From: Rotaria socialis
Taxonomy: Eukaryota
Assembly: GCA_905331295.1 (NCBI GenBank)
Contig: CAJNYD010000039.1
Location: 124,001 to 188,000, forward strand
Direction of reading: 5' to 3'
Length of the DNA stretch: 64,000 bases
A program made the translations under genes and the position numbers. The notes under the pieces were generated by a model. The model had not been told where the DNA came from. It saw only the letters and a program-made list of their open reading frames with translations, and ran no database searches. Shown here one piece after another: positions 12,901 to 25,600 of the stretch. Positions within the stretch are counted from its first letter, which is position 1. Each line of letters opens with the position of its first letter.

Positions 12901-15900
12901 TGATAAAAGAGACGTATTTAGAAACATCAGGTATAGGATTAAACAGCAAAGACGACATTTCTTTTACGTATATAACAACATGGTGGTGTATTTGATATTT
13001 TTCTTTTCTTCGGTATTTTAACATGCAAGCGTATGACTCATACAGAATAGATACATATTTATATGATGAAATTGACCACTGTGTTCTTAACATAATGTCA
13101 ATTGTCACCAGGCTAACGTAATTCATAATGAACAACCATTTTTCTTACAATCGGTTCCCTCAGGAGTCACTCAAAACAAAATAAAATAAACAAAAAGGAA
13201 TATAATTCGTCCTTATCAAATTATTGCTCGTATCGATTAATGTATATACTCTTGAGGCAAGATCTATTCCTTGTTGTAGATGCACTGGTAAACTCAATTC
13301 CATTGTCAAAAAAAACTTCAAAGCCTAGAACTTTCTTTTTATATTAAAAATGATAATTAGACCTAGAAAATAGGTCGACAGGGAACTATTCATGTATCTT
13401 CTGTAACACATCGAACAATAGTTAATCAATGAAACATTACAATAAACCTAATTTACACTACACTCAATTATTTCCAAGGCTCCAGTCAAGTTTTCAAAAT
13501 GTTTTCTTTGCACATTTCTTAATAGCAAGGCAAACCCTTCCACTGATGAACTAACTACTCTTGAGTCAAGACATAGTACATTGTGTGAGTAGTATCTAGA
13601 ATATAGTTCATGTTCATAGTTTATTACTGCCAGCAAACTCTACTATTTGGCTATTCATTAAAAACAAAATCGATTCCACCGTTTTATTGCACCAACGATG
13701 AGAAGGACTAATTTCAAATAGAAAAAACACGCCAGAGATCTTAGAGAAAATCATATTTTGTATCTTTTTCTAATCTTGTTATTGTTTTTATCCTAAGATA
13801 GAAATGTGTCAATAGTACGTGTCTTTTACATGACATATATAAACTGTCAGATCCGACGCTCGTATTTCACGATTGAAGTAAATCAAAAACACGTATGCTC
13901 TACGCCAAATTTCTCGTTGATTCTATGAAACTAGTTTTTCCAATGCTCCTAAGGAGTATCAATGAACCCATTTAGAAATCAATACTAAAGTATCTCGGCA
14001 ATAATAAGCTTCATAGATGAATTCTTTTCAAAGAATCGAACGCTTCTTCAAATCGTAATGGCGCACTTAGACTCAACTCAAAAGTGGCTTATCAATTGAC
14101 GGATTTTCTTGTTCAATAAATCAAAAAAGGATGACATACTTTTTTCATATATCACAAATATATACCTCTTGACAACATAGTAGAGTAGAAAAAAAAACCC
14201 GAGCACACTTATGTATATATATATATTATCAATATAAATCATTGGCAAGGTTTATTCTCATTCTATAGATATACTTATATAAGATATCTACCTATTTTAA
14301 ACATGTAGTACAAGAAATATCGATACTCAGCGACAGATTATATAAGTATGACGTTTCAATACATTTTCTATCCATGATGAATTTACATTCGTTTAAACAG
14401 AAAAGAAAAACTGTTTCTTTTTCAGTGTTCTACCTGGTTTCAAAAGCAAATTTTACTTAAACTTTTAAATGCAACATCTCATACTTCGATTCTTTTCTTT
14501 TTCTAATTACAAAGCACTCGATCGAAAAGAAAAAGAAGGTGCACATTTCAGATGCTTCTCTAATTCGTCGATTTCAATCTAGTTCTAAAATAAATTTTAC
14601 ATAATACTCCTCGTGTATTGTAAATATCAAATGATCTCATGTATTCTTTGACATTTATGGAAAAAAAAATAAACCGATGTAAATCAATACAAAGAAAATA
14701 CTTCCGATTATCTTCTCAAAATAAAAAAGAAATGATATTACACCTGTCAAAAGGAATTTGATTACTCATGTACCGGTTTCAGGAAATAGCCAATAACAAC
14801 ATCAAGAAGAAGGAGAGGAAAAAAAGAAAGCGATGCTATTCACACATTTGATAAGGTTCTTTTTCTAATAATTTAATCTCTCAAAGCTAACGAAGAATTA
14901 CATCCATTGTTTCGATTTGATTACTAAATGGTCTCAATTAAATCAGGCTAAAGTGCAATTCTGCATAATCCGATAATATTCTCTATACAAAGTGTACTTA
15001 AATGATTTAAAAACGAAGACAGTTCTTACATAATAATTCACACCATTTACTTGTCTTTCGAAATTCTCACTGTACACAAAAACACGTAAAAAAAGAGAAA
15101 AGAAGAAAAAACGATTGGGCAATTATCTGATGTTTTTCAATATTCTATCTTCTATCATCATCATTATTCTTACTCATCATGAGTAACATTTCTATCAGTC
15201 AATCATTCATTAACATTTTTCGTTTTCCTATCACAGATATAAACAGATTGATAAGCACAAAATTTTTTTTCCTACTTAATGTTAATTATCATTTTGTCAA
15301 TTTTATAGACGAAACATTGATATTCGCTATCAAACTAGTTGCTTATATAGCACATACTACAAATGCTAAAATCGAAGTATGTATGAGAGAATTTTTATTT
15401 TTGCTTTGATCGATTTTCTCATCGATTCTGTTTATAACGAGAAACCTTATGAACCATATATAGGACAGCGAGAAAACATTATCATCATCATTATTTTTAT
15501 TATTATCATTAAAAACAATAATAATATTCAAGCAAGAACAGTTTACGAATAGAAAATTATATAATCATCATCATTTACTCTCTCTCTCTCTCTCTCTCTC
15601 GCTCTCTCGTTCACATTGATAACTTTCTTTTTCTTCTCGTCTCTTCATTGAACATCACGTCAATTGAAAGATAAAAGAATCAGAACAAGACTCATCTTTA
15701 CATACATACAATACACCTGTACACTACAATAATATACATCGATATACAAATAACAAAGATACATAAATAGATATTCATATGCCGAAATCAGTTTGAAGTA
15801 AGTGAATGATACGCATCTTCATTGAATAATTTTATCAATTGTATTAAATGTAAAAACAGAAAAGTAAGATTGTGTATGGATTAAATCAAGAACGAAAATA

Positions 15901-18900
15901 TGAATTGTTCATTTTTCTTTTTGTTCTTCATCTTCTTATCTTCAATAGTTTATTATCATAATCTCAATGGAATAGAACTTCCTTCCGGACATCTGCTAAA
16001 TGTATATATTAATAAAGCATAACAAAAAAAAAATGAATCTAGTTAGTATCATAATATCTCACCCTTTGAAAATTCGATATAAGATCAGATTTCATTCTAT
16101 ATTTTATGTGCGGAACAATAGAAAATTTTTCTATGGTCTATAGAACAGATAGAAAAATTGTTGTTTTCTTCTTAAATTACTACTACTACTACTACTCGTA
16201 AAATCATTCAGTAGCTTATTTATATATGTGTATCATGACACCTACTCAACTGTCATCACCTGTCTGCCTGTCTTGCGATTACTTGGTCGTCTCTTTGTCT
16301 CTCCTTGTTCGCTTAAGTTTTTTTTTATCCAAATGTCATTGATTTCTTCTCTTCTTTTCTTTATTCTTTCTCCTTATCGATTGTAGGTTTGCTGCTATAT
16401 ATGACCACTGCCGTCGGCGAACCGAATATTCCTTCTTCTGTTTATTCGTTCTAAAAATAATAATCACACGCATCTCATATTAACGCGATTATCTGGTTTG
16501 ATCTATATGGTATTCTATATATATTTATGCGCTCGTTGATCATTCTGGTATTCTCACCTTTTCTACGCAAATCATCATTTATTATTAATATTTCTGTCGC
16601 TCCACATATTACCTTCTAATTAGCATTGAATCTATCAAGTAGAAAACAAAACAAAACAGGAACACAACTAAAGATAATCAATGATTGAACATTTATCTCG
16701 TTGTCTTCTCCGTTAGTTTACATTTATCCCCTGTTTTTCTTTGTATACAACTACGACCAACAATAGTGAAGATATGGAATATCGTAATGCACTGACTTCT
16801 AAAATAACAATGATCAATTCGAGTAATAATAACAATTTGCATCCTCATAATCGACGAAAAAAAAGAATAACAACAAAAAGACAAGAACTACCATCGCCAT
16901 CATTAGCATTAAAAAATCAATATGTACCATCGTTACTCATTACTGATTCTCGACTTGCTGAGCCAAGAATCAATCAATGTGAACAACAGATACCGATGAA
17001 AACTTCCTTCTCATGGACTAAAAAATGGACGAAATGGTTTTCATCCTGTGGGTCAGAACGAACGACTCCTATAGATTTAAATTCAAAGTCAAAATTAAAT
17101 GAAGTGAGTTCAGATTTATTTTCGTTGCATTTCAAATCTACTAGCTATGTGATCAATCGATAAAACAGGGGTGTCTCTGAATGTTGAACATCAAATCGGT
17201 GAATGATTTCGAAAATTTTAATTCTGTTCGTTTTCTTTTTTCTTTGCAAGTTCTCACATATTGAATTTATTGTCTGAAAGACGTGATTGAGTGTCGATAG
17301 AAGAAATAACAATATATCTAAGTCATCATCGGTACATGTGTAAAATGATCTTATAATGTCTGCTTGATGGAAAGAAAAACAATCCAAAAAAAAATCTGTT
17401 TAACAGAAACAAAAGAAAAGATAAAACTTCAATTTTTACGGTTTGACTATGATTGAATGACATGAATATTAATTGTAAGAAATGAAGTGTATTAGATTGT
17501 CTTTATGTACATCGATTGGTCTTTTAACACCATTTGCATTGATGTGATGACAAGGAAGGATAAGGACGAGAACGATTGAGCGAGAAAAATATGGAAATTT
17601 ACGAACGTGAATGTTGTATGCACACCGTTTATGTATGCGTTGATAGATGGTAGACAGTCGATGACCAATGATACGAATCGTACTCATTTTTTGCGCTTAG
17701 ATCGAAGGATAAAATTTGATGAAATTATATTTAAATGGGGCTATTATTCATGTGAAAATAATAAAGAAGTTAAATCGAAAGATTGATGACGATTTATTTA
17801 ATCGATTGACTTTTTTCTTCGATACCGATCACTTGTTATTAGGCTAGTTTTCATGAATGCATTCGTCGCTATTTTATTTTCTTATGAAATGAAAAATCCG
17901 AAGCATTGCATATGCTATGATGTTTTTCCTTTAATTCTTTAGTATATATTTTGTAAAGTATAGTCAAAGTAAAGTAATTTTCTCCATTAAATTTTTTAAC
18001 ACAACTTTCATTTTTTCTGCTTCACTATTGACAAAGTAGTAGTAGGTCAATACAATGACCGAACACGTGTTATATTAAATACAAATTGCACTATAACTAT
18101 TGCTTTTTTTTCTCTCAATCGATTGTAAATATTTTTATGACAAGAAGTAAACTTTATTGACGAATACATTCATTTACATAAGTGCATATCAGAAGAAATC
18201 AAAGACTTCGAAAACAGTATTTTACTACTATCGGATATTATGAACCTATTGGGGTTAAGTCGTTAATGCAATGTGTCCCTCTCGTGAAAGCTCGATACTA
18301 TGCCATATGCTTATCAAAAACAAAATATCACACTATCCGATTGATAGTAATGAGAAATACGGAAACTCACACAGGTATGTGAGCTATTCCTCTATTACTA
18401 TTATAAAATAGAATGCTAGTCTTTAGCATATTTTTGACGAAGTATGTTCTGATTACGTGACATTATTGTGTTTAAATGCTAGTCTTTTCCTTCTATTGCT
18501 TCGGATTGAGAAAAACAAAAATTTAATAGGCAGCTAAACCGTGTTCGTTATATTCAACGAGGAAGATAAAAAAAGACATGAATGGATTTTATGAAAGAGA
18601 AAAGAACAATCTCTGATATAAATAATGAAAAACCTTGAAGATAATTATGACAGCTATGATAGTAGTATTTCACTTCCGTAACTTTATATTTATTTCTATA
18701 ATTATAAAGAATATTGGTAAAACTTTGCAGATTTACTAATAGAAAATCTATTAAATCATTTTCATCGTTTTTATTTTATCCTTGAAAGCTCGGCAAAAAA
18801 TAGAAATATTGTCATCAAATTTTGTGCTCTAATTTTTTTCAAGGTAATCATGATTTTTTACCGAATGAAAATGCATCTTTAAAAGAAAGACGAGGTAGAA

Positions 18901-19636
18901 AAAAATGATTAAAAGAAAAGCCTTTTGGTTATTACTATAGAATTACATATGTTCAATATGACCTTTCATCATATACATTTGTTTTTCATCAGAAATTCTC
19001 TCTGTTCATTACGTCAATAGATCAGCACACAAAAAAATCATTGACTTCTGTTTTCTTCTTTGCAGAGTTTCGAACAAAAAAAAATAGAATAAGCATTTGA
19101 CTCTTACCTACTTATTTGTCATAATGCATTTTTCCTATTTAGTTTTTAATGTGACACAAACTGATCATTTTGACATCTAGACTAACATGTGCTTGACACG
19201 CGCATACGCATATCGTTATAAGAATATGACGAAAAAAACATCGTTGAATATTTTGAGAATATAGGCTTACGTGACAGACTCATTGAATACTATAACAGTG
19301 AAAATTACGATTGATTACTGATAAATATAAGCTTACGCACACATATATTTAGATGTTCGTGATAAATATTTGTATCTTTTAAGAATTCTCTATGTATATA
19401 TACATATATACATATATATATATATATTCATAGAACTCTTTCTCCGATTACATCATCAAGAAAAATAAAACAATAATAAGAATCTAGTGTATTGTTGTTA
19501 TTGCATTTGTTCAAATCAAAATCCTATTAGTTATAGTCGTATATTGTCTTGTGTAATCTTATATATATCTTCAAGATTCAGCTGATAACTTTAGTATTAT
19601 GCAGATTCAATCGTATTTTATATAGTTGGGTCAAGT

Positions 19637-19676
<40 letters not shown>

Positions 19677-22600
19677 TTGTATAGGTGGGTGGGCAACAGC
19701 TTGGTCTCTTTCGTTCTTGATCATTTTGAACTTAGACTTATACAATTATGAAATAGATGTTTGGATGTGTGCAAGTGACAGCCGGAACGTCTTACGCAAA
19801 TTCAGACAAATTACTGTCATGAAAAGTCATGCTATAAAATAGAAATTTCTGTTCTTAAACAAGAAAAATAGAGAGAGAGAGAGAGAGAATAAGAAGAAAA
19901 CAAGTTTTGATCAATTATGGTTTTCCTATTATTATATTGATCTGAAATAGGCTTATTGAGTTACTTTCTTTACCTATTGAAATACAAGTCAGAAACAGGA
20001 AATTTTTTCTTCACGATCCATGCATGTGCGTTACCATAAAAACGGTAGTGAACTGAGGGGCTTTGCTAGTTTTCTTAAGAAATTTCCCGATTGTACGATG
20101 CACTTCAGTTTTTATATGTCTTGAGAAACAGCATCTATAAATGTGTATATATATATATTTATTAACTATTCTTCATCGCAGAGTGACGCTCGGATTTTTT
20201 TTCTCACTTCTTTCTATTCTAGTTTACTAGTTTAGGCGAATGTGTGAGAATGTGATGGCTCGTTAGGCGTTTTTTGTTTGAATACGTGCATGTGAAGCAT
20301 GTTAAAAAAAGTGAAAAAGAGAGAGACAGAGAGAGAGGCAGAGGGAGAAAAGGAAGAAGAAGAAGAAGAAAGAAACGCACGAGAAGAAGACAAGCAGGAA
20401 ATCAGTCTTTTCTCTCCTGACTATGCTTAATAGAAGAATGATAATGAGTCGCTTCTGTTGGTATTCGTTTGGCTGATGCATCATCCTTAACTGTTATTGC
20501 CGTTGCACTTGTTATTATAACTATTATTATGTTAACAGAAAAAAATTAATACAAAGATAGTCGCGCTCTTCGCGTCTCTTCATTTATAATTATTAATTAC
20601 GAATGAAACTCTTTCGTGTCAAAGTAAGTCTCATAAATGTATACGGGAGTGAATTTAGTCGCTAGAGACATTGAGACACTTAGTAAACAAAAAAAGAAAT
20701 TAGATTTGTGAAGAATAACATTATAATCATTTTTTTTGTGTATTTTAAATTATAGAAACGTTCTCGAACCAAGTCTGAAAATGACGTGTCAAAACGTGCC
20801 AGTCTTGATCACGACGAAAAGGTATGTTCGATAAAAAATTAAAATTTCATTTAGCTTTGCTCGTTTTTCTTTTTTCTTTGCATCTTAACCTTGAATCTAT
20901 TTTTAATCAGGTTACTTGCGATATTAAAAATCCGGATCCTCACAGGCAGAAGCTTTTCAACAGCAAAGAAAACAAAGCTAAAATTAGTAGAAATAAGACT
21001 AATAAGAAAAGACTTTTTATATGATTACTTTTTTCTTCTCTCTCATCGATTATCGTGCCATATCATTTTTATATAAATTTACTTTCACTTTCAATAGCAT
21101 CGTTAACAGAAGTGTATTCTTTAGTTGTCGGCAATCATTTGTGCGGATGCATGTTGCTCATCTTCTCTTTTCCTTTCTCGTCATCATGGTAAAGGTTGGC
21201 TATTTTTCTCATTGTGAGCCATCTTTATTTTTCTCTCAGTTCTTTCTGGTCTATCACACTCGTAGATGTGTTTACAAATTAAAACCTATCATGTGCTAAT
21301 AATAGATTATTTTTCTCAAAAATACGATCTCCATGTTCTCATCGTAATCGATGCTACTGATTGAGTTTGTTTATCAGAACTTGTGCTTATCATCATAATA
21401 TTAATCAGACGTTTTTCTGTCTCTCCTTTGTGAATGGCAAAGACAAATGGATAAACACATGGCATGTACAGAATACATTTATTTTTGTTTACCACAGTTA
21501 TCCAACATAGATATCGATATGTGCAATTTTACGTCTTTGATATAGACCGATGAGCGCTCTCTATTGATTTAGTGTAGCGCACTTTCTTTTTTTTTTTACT
21601 TTATTTGTATCGATATAAAAAGTCAAATTCAAGTGCAGTTGAAGGCTGCATATATTTAACTTGACAATAATCCCATATTCGTTTTTAGAAAGTTACTGAT
21701 AATTGACTTGCCTTGACCACAGAAAAAAAATCGAGCATACACATACTCATACTTTTACACATAAGTAAGAAAAAAAAAGAGAAAACGCAAATAATGGCGA
21801 CCATAAAATAAGTTTATTCATATATGATGGGCTAGTGAAAAAAACGCAAAGAAGTTTGTTTTTTTCAATCATAGTAACGCTATCTTGACTAGTAAAAAGA
21901 AATCTATAACACGTCAACAAAATATTCCATAGAAATACTTATATCGGACTTGGACTATTCTCGATAATATAATCTTCGTTTTCTAATACACCTTTATTTC
22001 CTACTGGTTTAAATTGAAAAAGTATTCCATTCGAACGATTTATTTTTGAAGATTTCTTATCGATGTCTTTACAAATGAAGAGGTGTTCAAAATTCTATGG
22101 GTACCATTTCCATGCCTGAGCCTATGAGTAGAAATCTAAACTCTTCTTGACTTTCGCTTTGGAATAATTTGATAAACTTTTCAGAAGACATGCATCGATC
22201 TAAAAGAGAACTAGAATAGATATCTCGATTTTGGATCGATCTGATCTGTTCAACTGGACGCTATCGACATCAGATCCATAGGTCATTTCGGATATAGTCT
22301 AGCCGTAGAAATGTAAAACTTCATTTTGCGAACGCTGGATGTTACCAACGGATTGTAGCTCTTACATACCAACGCCCGTAGCATCTGATACACCTTGGAG
22401 AGTATCAGGCAAATAAAGCAATAATAGGTAGATTTTAAATCAGAGTCATGTAACATTATGATACAGTTCGTGTTGGCATTTGCAAGTTCTTGAAAATTTT
22501 ACTACATATAATGTATTCAAATTGTTTTCCATCTTGATAGTCGAAAATATCATATGATATTTGAACTACCACAAGTTGATTTTTCTCCGCCTTTTATTCA

Positions 22601-25600
22601 CAATTTTTTTCTTTCAACTTTTATTATCATGTCAGACAGAGTCGTGCATGCACGTGCTATTTTTACTTATCTAATTTTACGATATGATGCGTAGTTTGCA
22701 TTATTTTTTATCGAATAAAAAAGAAATCGCTGGTCGTTGGTGATTCTATTACATATTGCTATTGCTCAGAAATCGGAGAATAGATGAGACGAGAGCTGGA
22801 TGCCGCTCTATGTTCTGTCTGGTGCAACAAAACAAACCGATCGAAATAAGGCAGAGAACGACGGATAAAAAACTGCAAAAATAGTAATGGCTGCAAAAAT
22901 AGTAATGTCTGCAAAAATACTACATTGACAAGAAAAACAGAATCGTATAAAAAAAAATAACAAGAAAGATATGATGACGTCGTCCCTGCACTCGGCATAT
23001 TTGTCTTTCTTTTAATATTTCTCTTCTGTTTTTTTTGCTGTGGTTTTTCTTCTTGCAAGCAGCTCTCGCCTCCCTCACTATTGTACAAGTAACCTTCAAG
23101 TTATTATTATATGTTTTCGATGAGTATAGGTAACAACTAATACCAGTCATAATATCATCCGTTCTGGTACGTGTTTTGTTAACAGTTAAAAGACATTGGC
23201 AATAAGATTGTGTTAATTATACTGTCATTTTTCGCTTCTTCTCCATTTTTAGTTGTTATTTTACCATTTCTTTTCATTTACTCTTTGTTCCCATCATGAC
23301 TATTCAAATAGTTATGTTAAAGAGCAGATACCACAGTAACTACAAGTAGTCCAAGTAACATCAAACGTAGCGACCGCTTGATGCATGCATACCCATCATT
23401 GCGCGACAATGAATAGTAAATACGAAAATGCGTGCCTACATGCGCTTCAAGCGACAAGCTTATTCCCTCTTGCACCTCTCTCTCTCTCTCTCTCTCTCTC
23501 TCCCTTCGATATTGCATGTGCAAAGGGATATAGAAAGAGAGGGAGAGGGAGGAAAAAATAGAAGAGAGTAAGTCGAGAAGAATTTTTGACGCTACACCTT
23601 GGCGTCGTGTCGCGCGAGAAATGATTTAGATCAACTAAATCAACATCGATAGACGAGACGAGGAAAAGAGTGAAGTGAGTGTATGTACGTATTCTCATAA
23701 AGAATGAGCGAGAAACATGTTATTGATACGTAGTACAACGGTAGCACCGCTGACCAGTAGAATCATATATATATATATATATATATACAAATATCCATCA
23801 TGTCAATCTTTGACCGTGGATGACTTGTATCTAAAATTGTTCTCTGATGAGGATTTATTACTGCTTCAGCTGAGTGGAGAGAAAAAAATCAGGTTACAGA
23901 TATAAACAGGTAGACATATATATCTTTTTTCTTAGCCAGAAGGGATGTTGTGTAAGTATGTCCATGAAAAGGTTATCGATAATCGATAGACTGGGCTCCG
24001 ACTCCGGTCTCGAGCCTAAAGAGAGTAAGAAAAAAAAGAACGAAGAAGAATATGATGATGATAATGATGATGATGATGATGACAAGATGACGAGGGAAAA
24101 AGAGCACCAGAAACGAGTAGGAAAGAAAAGATCGATGCTATTTGCATTTCTACTGCTGCCATTGTCATCGATTAGAACAAATAGATCCACAAGCTTTGTT
24201 TTTAGTTTTTTCTTCTGCATGATCAAGACAGTGAATGCAATAAAAAAAAATCGAGGCTTACTTAGAAGAAGGAGTTACAAGCTTTTTCTTCTTTTTTTCT
24301 TTTTGTACTTGTTTCTTATCGTCGATCTATCTATTTGATTTCGTTTTTTTCGTTCTTTTGCTTCTTTTTTGTGTACGCAGAACAAAAAAGAAACCTTTCA
24401 TACATCTCTACACATATATGAAATTTACACCTGCATAATAGTCTACTCTTTAATTTTTACGGCTAAAAAAAGGTAACCAGCTACGAGTGGCGTGCACTAG
24501 AGCAAATAAAATTCCATGTTTTATTGATTGCTACTTCCTTCTTTTTTAAATTACCGGCATATGCACAAATAGATGCTAATATTGTTTCTTGAAACGATCT
24601 TAAACAATTTTCATTAAATAATAAAATGACAATAACAATTGAGAATAGAATAAAAAGGGTGGTTTACTCATTTTCTTCGTCTTTTTTTTTGCTTACGCTT
24701 ACATTATACTCAATAGGAAACCTTTATAATTTCCTTCATAATCATATTGTACTCGAGTATAAGATTGGTACTTATAGTTCTTTTTTTTTCGTATTATTTC
24801 ATCTAGAAAAGATTATCAACAACCAATTCAAGTTTTGTTATCGGAGAAAATTCGAAAGAAAATCAAGAAGGATCTATATCCCGGACAACATCGCAGAAGC
24901 ATCAGCATCTTCATCAATCAAACGATAGAGTTAATAACTCAAATATAGTACTTCGTCGAGATAATTCTCGTCGTTATTCAAATTCATTTTTTACCTCAGC
25001 ACGATATAGTGGCATTCATACATCAGTTAGCGCCATACCAACAGGAACGACGACAACAGCAACAGCATCAACATTAAATACCTCTCAAGCTAAACAACCC
25101 ACAAATTTAAGCCGTTCTGTTGATCGTCTTCATAGTAAAGCACATCGTCGAGAATTACGTTATGAAGAACATGATGATTACATTCCACCACCACCACTAC
25201 ATTCGATTCAATGCCATCCAACAATAGATCATTACAGAAGAAGTTTAAATCAATCAACATATTTTTCCTCCACTCATCGTCGTAGTCAGATAGATACATA
25301 TAAATTATCATCTATTAATAATCGTTTAGTATTACCAAGACCTTATTCAACAAATATTCCTATTTCACAAAGTATTCAAATCATGTCGAAAACATCACTC
25401 GACAATACTAATAGCAACAATAATAATAGTGCATATGAAAAATTATCTGAATGTCATTCACGATTGATTCCATTAGAAAATTCATCTGTTAAAGCACCAC
25501 GTCGTATTGAATCTGCGTATAGTCAATTTCCAATACAAACCGAGCCAATCTATGCAAATACTCAATCGCTCTATGACAATATAGTTTTTCCTCAATCAGT

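Noticed and set aside
23874..24338. 154-aa ORF
   Set aside because: Built from GAT/A/T repeats and contains internal splice-like signals; not credible as one CDS.
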